Assembly: GCA_048213135.1 (NCBI GenBank)
Contig: PS015058.1
Location: forward strand, 81,934 to 107,401
From: Reclinomonas americana ATCC 50394
Taxonomy: Eukaryota
Length of the DNA: 25,468 nucleotides
Direction: 5' to 3'
The translations under genes and the position numbers were made by a program. Shown here piece after piece: positions 1-9,348 of the stretch (positions are counted from its first letter, which is position 1; each line of letters opens with the position of its first letter). A model generated the notes under the pieces. It did not search any database. It worked only from the letters and a program-made list of their open reading frames with translations, and was not told the origin of the DNA.

Positions 1-2
1 CA

Positions 3-862
3 CAGTCACCTGCCCAGCCTGTCGCTGAAGATTCGGTTGATGCTGCTGCTCCACAGTCACCCGCACAAGCTGCCGCTCGTTCTCCAGTCGCTGTCGCATC
101 ACCGCCGTCCGCTCAAGCAGCTGCTGGATCTCCGGTGGCAGTCGCTTCGCCGCCACCTGCCCAGCCTGTCGCTGAAGCACCGGTTGATGCAGCTGCCCCA
201 CAGTCACCCGCACAAGCTGCCGCTCGCTCTCCAGTCGCTGTCGCATCACCGCCGTCCGCTCAAGCAGCTGCCGGATCTCCGGTGGCAGTCGCTTCGCCGC
301 CATCTGCACAAGCTGTCGCTGAATCACCAGTTGGCGCTGCTGCTGCTCCGGAGTCACCAGCTCAGCAAGCCGCTGGATCACCAGTTGGCTCTGCTGCTGC
401 TCCCGAGTCACCTGCTCAGCCTGCCGCACGGTCTCCGGTGGCAGTTGCTTCTCCGCCGTCCGCTCAACCTGCTCCAGTGGCCGTGGCTGTGGCATCACCA
501 CCACCCGCTGCCGCCGTGCAATCCCCAACAGAGGATCCGGTGATTGCCGGCTCCCTGGACGAGGACGAGTTGCTGTCGGTCGAAGACACGGTTTTGGCAC
601 CCAATGTTGCGTCGTAACAGCACATTTCATCCGTCACATTTCCACTCACCGCCTCGCCTTGCACCAGCCTGCCGCCGCCGCCGCCATGTCACCCGACATG
701 GGTCTGAGTGAAGAGGACCTCCTGGCACTGCAGCTGTCGCCCACCAGCGGTGGCGATGCGACCGCTACTGTCGGTACCCCTGCAGGCGGTCCACCGGCGC
801 CCACGGGCGTCATGTCACCCGCCGAAGACGATCTTTTCTTGATTGACGAGGACGAATTGTGA
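3..862 (+). CDS. 3' part of a Pro/Ala/Ser-rich low-complexity repeat protein with an acidic tail (5'-truncated by the window)
   Basis: The frame is open from 3 (QSPAQPVAEDSVDAAAPQSPAQAAARSPVAVASPP...). A phase-0 intron (donor GTTTTG at 591 or GTTGCG at 606, acceptor CAG at 667) joins it to 668-862, PAAAAAMSPDMGLSEEDLLAL...DDLFLIDEDEL*. An A-rich 3' region follows. Confidence 0.7.
7..500 (+). repeat. Coding tandem repeat with a 147-bp (49-aa) period, built from ~14-aa SPVAVASPPSAQAA-like subunits
   Basis: CACCTGCCCAGCCTGTCGCTGAAG occurs at 7 and 154, and degenerate copies continue to about 500. Confidence 0.85.
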
Positions 863-1022
863 AGGACGGTGGTGGTTGCTGGCGAAAATGTTTGCACGTG
901 AAGAATAAAAAAAGAGATTTAAAAATCGGAAACACGTACGTACATTGTTGAAAACACCTCAAAACAAATAAACAATTAGGGGGGGGAGTCGATTCTTTTT
1001 TTTCTTCCTTGCCAACCACACC

Positions 1023-4000
1023 TCAACGCACGGGTCGTCGAGCTGCGGCGGGATCGGCAGCGGCGGCGGCTGGTGAGCCAGGTGAGCTGGCGACCGGCGA
1101 CGCAGCAGCAGCAACAGGTGATTTTTGCAGCGGTGCGTCGCATGCTCGCGAGAATTCGAGCCAGTTGACCAGCGGAACGGCACCAGGGTACAGCTGTTCA
1201 CGCGGGTCGACAAGGCCAATAGGTGCCGGATTGAGTGTCGGCATGCTGGGCGATTCGCTGTCGTCGGCAGCCGTCAGCATCTTGAAGCGCCGCAGCGTGT
1301 CGCATGCAGCGCGCAGGTTGAGCGGCTGATCGCCCAGCACCGTGTAGGCGGCAATCAGGGCCGCACTCATCGACGCCGTGCGCTCGGGGTCGGCGTTGAG
1401 CATCGAGCTGCACGCCGTCGTCACCTCATGCAGGCAGTGCCACAGTGCACCGTCCGACTGCATGGCAAAGGCACGGTGACGGGCCGCCGCCGAGAGTAAT
1501 CTCAAACCACGTTCCCAGTGCGCCACCGTCAGGCCACCACCGCGAGAGGCCAGCTCTCCCTTGTCGAGCATGATTTGTGCAAAGAGCGAGCACACAAACA
1601 GCAAGTCGCGCTCCAACTCGCGGCAGGCGTTGATCGATGAGAACAGGTGTGACTCGCGCTGGCACAACTGGTCGATGCAGAGGCCGCAAATCTCGCGCGT
1701 CAACTGATGCAGTCGTGGCGGGTGGCCGTGGAAGCGCAAGTAGCGCGTGTACAGCGGCGACAGCTCAAAGCACGTGCTCTCCTCGGCTCCCATGCTGCCG
1801 AGTCCACTCTGCAGCGCATCGGCCGCCAATCTCCTCTGCGACTCGGACAGGTTGATCGGCGCCACCACGCCGTCGTTGATCAGCTCGCGCATCAGGCCGT
1901 CCAGCACCGTCTCCAGCACCGCACCGCCGGCTAGCAACGGCGAAAACTCAATCTCCTCAAAGTGCTCCATCGCCAAGTTGAGCAACACGCTGCGCGTCGC
2001 CATGCGCGACGGGTGCATCACACACAAGAAGTGGAGAATGGCCTCGCGGAACGCGTCCTGCTGCACATCCTGCACCAGCAGCGACCGCAGCATGCCCACA
2101 TCGGCGTCGCGGATCCACGTGTCGGGCAGGCGGGCACCAGTGACATTGCTGCGCGGCGACGACAAAAGTGAGAAGACAGAAGAAGATGCCAGCAAGCGCA
2201 CGCGCACAAGTGAGACGCAACGTCAACAGCTCGTAGTAGAACGGCAGGCGGCAGTCCTCGGGGACGGCGGTCAGAGGCGGTGAGATTTGTTGCAGGCTGA
2301 ACTGGCTCGAGAGCTGCTCCAGATCACCGAATGCCAGCGGTCTCATTGTGACACGGGCCACGGGCTTGATCACGGCCTCCAGGCCAGCAATAATCTGCTT
2401 GCGCGAGGTGACGATGAAAATGGGGCCAAACATGCTGCCCGGAGTGCGCTCCGGCAGCACGTTGACCACTTGCAGCGGTGACACCACATCGTCCAGCAGC
2501 ACAATGTTGCGCCGCGTCGACGAGCGTGCGTTGAGGGCATCGCCCACGCGCTGTCGCAAACCATCACGCGCCTGCGAAGCGCCAGCGGGCAACACCAGGC
2601 GCGCCATTTGCTCCAACTCGGACACCAGCGATGCCTGCAGTAACCAGCAATCAGAAAAAAGAACAACAAATACTCGACAGACAAACAAGCAACACACCTC
2701 CGACACCTGACCACCGGCGTAGCCGCCGAATTCGCGCACATACACCGGACCGTCAAAGTCCGGCTGCGCCTGCAGAGCATTGATCATGCGGGCGGCAATG
2801 GTCGTCTTGCCACTGCCGGCCACACCGTCGAGTACAAACACACTGGCGCCGTTTTGCAGCTTGGTCGGCTCGAGCAGTTGCTGCAGGATGGCCAGCTGCG
2901 ACGGGAACAGCCACGGGCGGAAGGCACTCACAGAAATGTCGGCGGCCAGCGCGTGCGGCGGGGCAAACATGGCAGCGTCCACTGCAGTTCATGGTACCAC
3001 GTGAGCGACAAAGCAAAAAGAGCGCGGAGTGAAATAAATAAACGCAACAAGGATTGGTGAGAGCGTTGGCCATGGCCGGCGAGGCGTTGGCGAGTGCGAG
3101 CGTCAACTGGCGGTACAGCTGATCGGTCGAGGCAAAGTTGCGGCTGAGCACCAGTGTGCGATTGGCACGCAGCGCCACTGGCACACACGACTCGGCGGCC
3201 GTGTCCTCGCCGCGCACCAGCATGGCGTCACGCGGCCAGATCTGACCCGTGACAAAGTGCACCAGGTTCAGCTGCTGACGCGAGGTCATGCGCCACACAG
3301 CATCGCGCAGGAATCCAGGCACCGGGGTGGCGCCGCGGGCAAAGTCGACAAACTGGAAGCGCAGCAGGCCAGTGACCTCGGGGCACAGGAAGCGTTCCCA
3401 GCCGGCGCCAGTCATGGCCGACATGGCCCGCTCAAACGACGCCCGTCGTGGGCCGGCAGCAACGCGCAGCACGTCCAACATGCCGTCGCGAATCTGCTCG
3501 ACACTGTCAAAAGGCACCTGGAGCGCCGGCGAGTGCAGGTGGTCGTGCAGGCGATCCAGAATACTGGCGCTCGACACACCGCGCGCGGCGTCATCGGCCA
3601 ACCCGCCAAAGAAGTCCGGATCGCAGTCTGCCAGGCGCTGGCACAAGTCCACAATCGGTGTGGAGGCGTCGTACACGTCGCCGGCAAACAGTGTCCAGAA
3701 AGCCGGCGAAATGGCGTACGCGGGCACCGGCACCTCTTCCAGCACGGCGGCGGCCATTGCACGACCAAACATGCGGAAAGTGATCTCGGCAATGCCACGC
3801 TCCTGCCCGCCCAGTCGCGACAGCGACACGGGCATCTTGCGACCAAACACATCGGTGCGCGAAAACGCCGGCGTCTGCAAAATGTTCTCCATGAACTGCA
3901 CAAGGATGCAAGTGTGTGTGTGAGAGAGAGTGGCGACACCATGGGGGAACTATTGAAGCAGTCGAGGGTGTGCACGCAACAGGAACAAACATGTTCAGGC

Positions 4001-7000
4001 CAAGCTGCAGACGACCAGTCGTCCACTCAGCCGGCGGCACGGCGTGCAACAACGACACCATCTCCCACACCATTTGCGCGTCAATCGACGGCACCGACAC
4101 CTGACGATGGGTGGTGGTCAGGCGACGGTGCTCCGTGCGAGTCTTCCACAGCACGTCGAGGAACTCCGAGTGCGGTGCGTCGGCCTTTGGCAGCGCACTG
4201 CTAATGTCCTCCACAGCCGACGGCGTCGCCACGGCTGCGCGTGCCGCCTCCATGCCAGCTCGCGACTCGGCGCGCATGAACGGCACCACAAACGCGGCAC
4301 TGCTGACAAACTGCACCGGCTCCACAATGTGCTCGGTGGTGCTCGCAGAGGTGCCGGTCGGAGCCAGTGAGGCAACGACTGCAAAGAGAGAGAATGTCAC
4401 CAAACTGTGCGATTGTAGTCGCACAGTGTGCACGGCATGGCACGCAACAATTGGCCTTCATGAGCTCGTCCAGCACACGGCTGCAGCCCTTGATACGGAA
4501 CCCAAACACCTTGTTGCGGAAGGTGGAGGCTCGCTCGGCCAGCGTCTCCTCGGCCAGACGGAACTGCGCCGGGGTCAAGTCGCGCGTGCGAGTGAGCAGC
4601 ATCATCAGGCGGACGGCGCACTGGTAGTTGAGGTGCGCGTACGCCTCGACCAACGCCGCCGACACCGTGTCGCCCGTCAGGTTGGTGCGCGCCACGCCGT
4701 AACGCTGGTACAGATTCAGCAGCGTCGACAGCGTCAGCTCGGTGCAACGGGCGCTCGCCATGTCGAGCGGCGACTGCTCGAGGTCGTTGGTGTGCGCCGC
4801 CAGCTGACGGACCACATCGGGGCCCTCGGACGACGCATAGCGCAGCAGCTGCGCAATGGCGGTCTCGCGGCACCACGTGTCGAGGGAGGAGTCGTCGGGG
4901 TCCGCAAGCACGTTCTCCTCCGCCGCGGGATCGAACATGAGCAGGAGGTGCAGCAGATTGTTGCCCTGTGCGTCCGACTGCTCCGCCAGGCGCAGCGTCG
5001 GCAATTGGCGCGAGGCACCCTCCGCACCGAGCAGGAAGTGGAGAATCGTCTCCAGCGCCTTCGGGCGACGAGCCGCCGCCAGCACCAGCGGCGTGTACGA
5101 CAGCTCGAGTACCTGCCGCGACAGCAGGTCCAGGAACGAGAACGAGTCGCGGTGTGCGTCGGGGCGGAGCGAGAACGACAGTGCGTCCTCGATCAGCTCG
5201 AGATCGTTGGAGCCAATGGCCTGTGCGGAGAGCGAGTGGTGGTGAGAGACGGGGAGGGGAGTAAAAGAGAAGTCTGCATCTCATCCATTAACCTCGTACA
5301 GCAAGTGTGCGGCAGCCACCTCGTCGGCCGTGACGGCCTCGGAGATCGGTCCAAACAGCGGCACGTGCGAGAGCGCAAACGATTGCAACGACGGCGAAAA
5401 GGCCTTCAGCGCCATGTCCCAGCCACCGGGCGCACCACCAAAGCCAGAGGGAGGCGAGGAGGCAGTCGAGGTGCTGTCGCTGGCACTGGCAGGCGAGGAG
5501 CCCGGCGAGGGTCGGGAGCTCGGGCCGCGGTTGGCGCGCTTGGAGGCGGACTCGCCGGTGCCTGCTCTCAAGCCCTTTTTTCGCCAACGAAAGAGTGAGT
5601 GAGTGAGTTGGGAGGCGAGGTATGAAGCGCACGGAGTGTGCACTCACCTCGGCAGCACGCTTTCGTGACGGGCGCTCCAGCACACGCAGCACGGTGGCAT
5701 CGGTGCTGAAAAACACCTCCGCCGCACCATTCTGATTCCACACCAGCGAGCACAACACCGAGCCGACGGCGCGGGCACGGAAGGAGAACTGCGCGCCCTG
5801 GTCGGGAGAGACCGAGGCTCCGTCGGGGGTGACAATTTCCATGTCCTGCACGAGAGCAAAGGGGGAAAGTTGAATATAGGGAATAGAGAGAAGTGATAGA
5901 AAAGGGGGGGAATGAGCGCACCTTGCTGCAGTGCACCATGGCCGACGAGTCGGCAAACGCCACACCCATGCCGTCGCATGACGGTGGCGCGCCATCAAAG
6001 GTGAAACCGGCCACAATGCGCAGACCGCGGAAGCACGAGTACTCGGGTCCATTCCACACACCCACATCGACGTGGTTGAGCGGACGCGGGACGAGCGAGC
6101 GCAGGTACCGGCCGAGGAGCCAGCAGCAGTAGCGCTCCACGCACGACGGTGCCTCCTTGGTCTCCTGATGCAACATCTGCGTGTGTGTGCGCGCAATTCG
6201 AGAAACCAGTATTCGTCAGGGCAAGTAGCAGAATGGAATAACAGCGAGAGAATAATCACCATGACTGGCATGGAACCACGCAGGCGGACGTCGCAGCCGC
6301 CAGCCACAAAGTGCGTGTGGCAGTGCAGATCGACCGTCAGCGACACCGTGTTCTTGCTGAACTTGTCCTGGCGCTGCGCGTCTGAAATCTGCGACGGGGG
6401 AAAAGCGCGTCACTTGACCGAAAAAGCATCACAGCGGCGGTCATGCACACACACACGCACCTGCGCATAGCGCAGCGACACTTGCGAGTCTGGCAAAATC
6501 TCGGCCGAGAACTTGTCAGTGCTCAGTTGTGCCTGCGAGCCGCGATACACGGTCACCGGCACGGAAATGGGCGGTGCGCCGCGAACTTGCAGCGTGCACG
6601 CCACATCCACCGGGCAGCTGCGGTACTCGGGCTGTCCGCGGCCTACAATCACACGAGTCAGGACACAAGCAGGGATGCTGCCAAGCAGCAATAAATAACG
6701 TACCCTTCTTGAAGAGCAGCGACGGAATGGCGAGTCCGTCGGTGATTCGGAAGCGGTCGGGATTTATGGTGAAGCCTGCAATTAGTCGTATTGTCACACA
6801 AATCAGACAAAAATGCGGCCGATATTGTAAGGGAAAAAAGAGAGGACGCAACTCCAGCACGCCTCACTGCCACCCTCATCAACGACAGCGCTCCACGACA
6901 AGCGGTTCTGACGCGGAACACCCTCAATTGCCTGCGCGTGCGCGAAACGCGGTCGCCAGTATGAGCGATAACGAAATTGGCAATCAACACGCCCCGTCGC

Positions 7001-8205
7001 GACGAAATGGCAGTGCACCGCGACGCACTCACCAAGACCACTTTCACCCCCAATAAACTCACACAGCCTGTCTCCATGTCACTCTCTCTCTCTCATGCTC
7101 GACACACAGAGGCAGACAAGGAGAGAGAGGCGCAGAGGGAGACAACACGGAGAGAGAAAGATACAGAAAGTGGCGCATTGAAACAATGTGTCTTTCCCCT
7201 TGTCTCTTGCTCTCTGTGTGTGGTGCTCTGTGTCTCACTGTTCCACCTGCCCGCACACCGAGTCTATCACGTGCACGGCAGTGAAAGACCACCGAGTGCG
7301 CAGCACACACGCGTGAAAAGGCGTCGTCACAGCCAAACGCCACGAATCCGCCCATGCACACACACACACACACACGCTTGTCTCTGACACTCCCTCCCCT
7401 CTCTCTCCTCCCTACGCGCACACACCTGCCAGTTCTCCGGCGTGCTATCCAAGCACGTCACATGCGGCACCACATGCGTCACCACGCCCGCCAACAGCTG
7501 CAGCGGCGCACGCGCACCACCTCCACTTCCCGAGCCTCCACCTGCGCCACTCGCCATACTCACCGCCGCAGTAGTCATGGACATCATGCCAGACGCGCCT
7601 GCCTGCTGCTGCTGCTTGAAGTCTGAGGCAGCGCGCATGGGTGCGTCAGGCAGCGCAGATGGCCACTGTCCCCATGCTGCTGCTGACGAGCCGCCTGCTG
7701 CTGCTGTCGTGGTGGTGGTTGTTGACGACGAGGAGGAGGAGTCAAGATACGCTGCTGTGTTGTGTGTGTGCGAAATGGCCAGTGAGTGTGTGTTGTCTCC
7801 TCACGCGCTCGCACTGGCGCTCTCACACGCGCGCACCTTGCATGAACGATGGTGGTACTGATGCAGCAGCTGCGGCAGCCGCGGCAGCAGCAGCAGCGGC
7901 AGCGGCGGCGCCTGTGTGCGACATCGCGCCCTGTTGTTGTTGTTGTTGTTGTTGTGTGAGATACGCAAAGAGTTGTTGTTGTTGTTGTTGCGCGGTGGCA
8001 GCACTGGGCATCATGAAGCCAAAAGAGGAGGCGCCAGCAGCAGCGGAGGCACCAACGGGCGTCTGTACGCTGTTGAACAGGTACGAGTCTGCGCGAGAGA
8101 GAGAGTGTGAGCCAAGCTGCGGCTGTGCGCTCTCTTCGAAGAGTGAGTGGAGAACGGACCAGGGTCGCCCCATACTTCGTAGTCCTCAAGCGACGAGCTC
8201 TCCAT
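1023..8205 (-). CDS. Large multi-exon protein: polyQ/polyA N-terminus, duplicated beta-rich domain, NLS-like patch, ankyrin repeats, HECT-like domain without the catalytic Cys, NB-ARC/STAND NTPase, helical C-terminus
   Basis: ATG at 8205 (ACAATGG; MESSSLEDYEVWGDP). Phase-compatible GT-AG introns chain the exons, e.g. 8159-8089, 6852-6776, 4448-4379, 3980-3896, 3048-2982, 2697-2635 and 2221-2149. Stop TGA at 1025-1023. Exon structure around 6900-7430 is the least certain part. Confidence 0.75.
2222..2850 (-). other. NB-ARC/STAND P-loop NTPase domain within the large gene
   Basis: Walker A VFVLDGVAGSGKTT (~2826-2800), Walker B NIVLLDDV, sensor-1 IFIVTSR and a GxP-like CRLPFYYELL, in canonical order and spacing. 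A winged-helix-like segment follows in the next exon. Confidence 0.85.
3060..3895 (-). other. HECT-like domain, internal to the protein, with Ala at the catalytic Cys position
   Basis: FRMFGRAMAAAVLEEVPVPAYAISPAFWTLF ~ FRFxGRLxGxAxxxxxxxxxxFxxxFYKxL; LADCDPDFFGGL ~ LxxxDPxxxxSL; MTSRQQLNLVHFVTGQ ~ xxEERxxLLQFVTGS; VPVALRANRTLVL...STDQLYRQLTLAL ~ LPxAHTCFNxLxL...SxExLxEKLxxAI. Confidence 0.75.
4700..5310 (-). other. Ankyrin-like repeats (3-4, degenerate)
   Basis: HLLYEAIGSNDLELIEDAL, SYTPLVLAAARR...ILHFLL, DAQGNNLLHLLLM and NDLEQSPLDMAS...TLSTLL resemble the G-x-TPLHxA ankyrin consensus. Confidence 0.7.
7861..7990 (-). repeat. Coding trinucleotide repeats (CAA)n/(GCN)n giving polyQ and polyA tracts
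   Basis: Translates as QQQQQQLFAYLTQQQQQQQQ...AAAAAAAAAAAAAAAA in exon 2 of the large gene. Confidence 0.85.
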
Positions 8206-8591
8206 TGTGATCGAGAAAAAACCTACAAAACTATGAAATTTGGCCGGCAGATCACATCACGACGCACGCTCTGCGATGAGGATTACCAAATTGAAGTGCA
8301 TGTCGTGGCGTGTGGGTGGAGGGAGATAGAAGAGAAGTGTGGATTCGAGTGAGGCTGAGCGTGTTATGAGGATGTGTGGGGAGGGAACGAGAGGAAATGA
8401 TTGTGGAGGTCGATGTCGACTTCGTGTAATTCCTATGTCCAAGCTTTTCAAGCTGGAGATCAGGAGGACTCAAGGCTTGATCTGGCGACTGACCCACTCA
8501 TACACTCCTTTCCTCGTTCTCTGAGTGACGAGATCGGAGCTCGTCATTAGCCGGCATTTGAGCTATGTTTCATGCCGGCCAGGAGGACTCG

Positions 8592-8758
8592 CACACACAC
8601 ACACACACACACACTCTCTCTCTCTCTCTCTCTTGCTTCCGCGTAGGTGTGTATGAGGATAGCCTGAACCGAGATCCCAACAGCTGCGGCCAGACAACAA
8701 AAGCTGTACACTAAACTGATACACCCTTCCCTTCCTCCCTCTCTCCCTGTCTCTCCCC

Positions 8759-8804
<46 letters not shown>
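8592..8804. repeat. Intergenic microsatellites: (CA)n(CT)n at ~8592-8632 and (CT)n at ~8762-8804
   Basis: Directly visible. Similar intronic tracts lie at ~7357-7375, 21523-21543, 21644-21672 and 23215-23233. Confidence 0.95.
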
Positions 8805-8806
<2 letters not shown>

Positions 8807-8807
<1 letters not shown>

Positions 8808-9206
8808 CATCCAATGTACGGCATGTTCTTGGGTGGCGACAGTGGCTCCACGGGGTCCGAGGTGGTTAGCGAGTGTGAGATCAGATACGCCAACTCAGAT
8901 CCGAAGCCCTCGCGATCGCGTGGGTCGTCCGAGGGTGGTGCGCTGTGACGAGGCAAAGGGGAGAGGAGAGAGAAGGAGGGAAGAGTGGACGGATGTGAGC
9001 ACAAAACGAAACTGAGCAATGATCTCACTGCCGCGTGTGTGTCTGCGCGCGTGTCACTCTCTTTCTCCTTCTTCTCTTTCCCCTGACGCAACAGTCCATC
9101 CACCAGTGACTGTTGACTTGCGTTCATAATCGGCACAAAAACAACACGCTCACTCTCTTCCGCTCTCACTCACACAATCGACTTCACGATCTGCAGGACT
9201 TTCCAT
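8807..9206 (-). CDS. Putative 66-aa four-exon small protein (MESPADREVDCSLVDGLEIIAHAPPSDDPRDREGFGSELAYLISHSLTTSDPVEPLSPPKNMPYIG)
   Basis: Exons 9206-9174, 9109-9093, 9027-9013 and 8942-8807. Introns are 64, 65 and 70 nt (GTGAGT, GTTGCG, GTTTCG ... CAG), matching local intron size. Spliced length is 201 nt, an exact 67 codons. No homology recognised. Confidence 0.5.
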
Positions 9207-9348
9207 ACTTTTTCCCCCGCAACCCTCTCCTCGGCGACCGAGAACAGCAGAGTACGTAGCGCTCTTCACCTCGCCCCGGCAGCTGGTGCGCAGCGGAAAC
9301 TCCACAAGTCGGCGATCGACGTCGACGTCGAACATCCGAACACCAAAA

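Noticed and set aside
7-500. CRISPR-like or mobile-element repeat arrays (also 23630-24430)
   Set aside because: Repeat periods are multiples of three, in frame and without unique spacers, so they are coding tandem repeats. No transposase, reverse transcriptase or cas genes are seen.
4111-5598. Long plus-strand ORFs (495 aa here; also 3257-4204, 19154-20053, 22592-23344)
   Set aside because: Antisense shadows of GC-rich minus-strand exons that carry recognisable domains. They have no motifs of their own.
6929-7030. Apparent coding segment HCHFVATGRVDCQFRYRSYW resembling HCHTHFVAGGCDV
   Set aside because: It lies between a GTGAGT donor and a CGCAG acceptor. Treating it as an intron gives a phase-consistent VKVVL|AIEG junction, so the resemblance is probably chance.
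8547-8814. ORFs with ERERER / VCVCVC runs
   Set aside because: Translations of (GA)n and (GT)n microsatellites.
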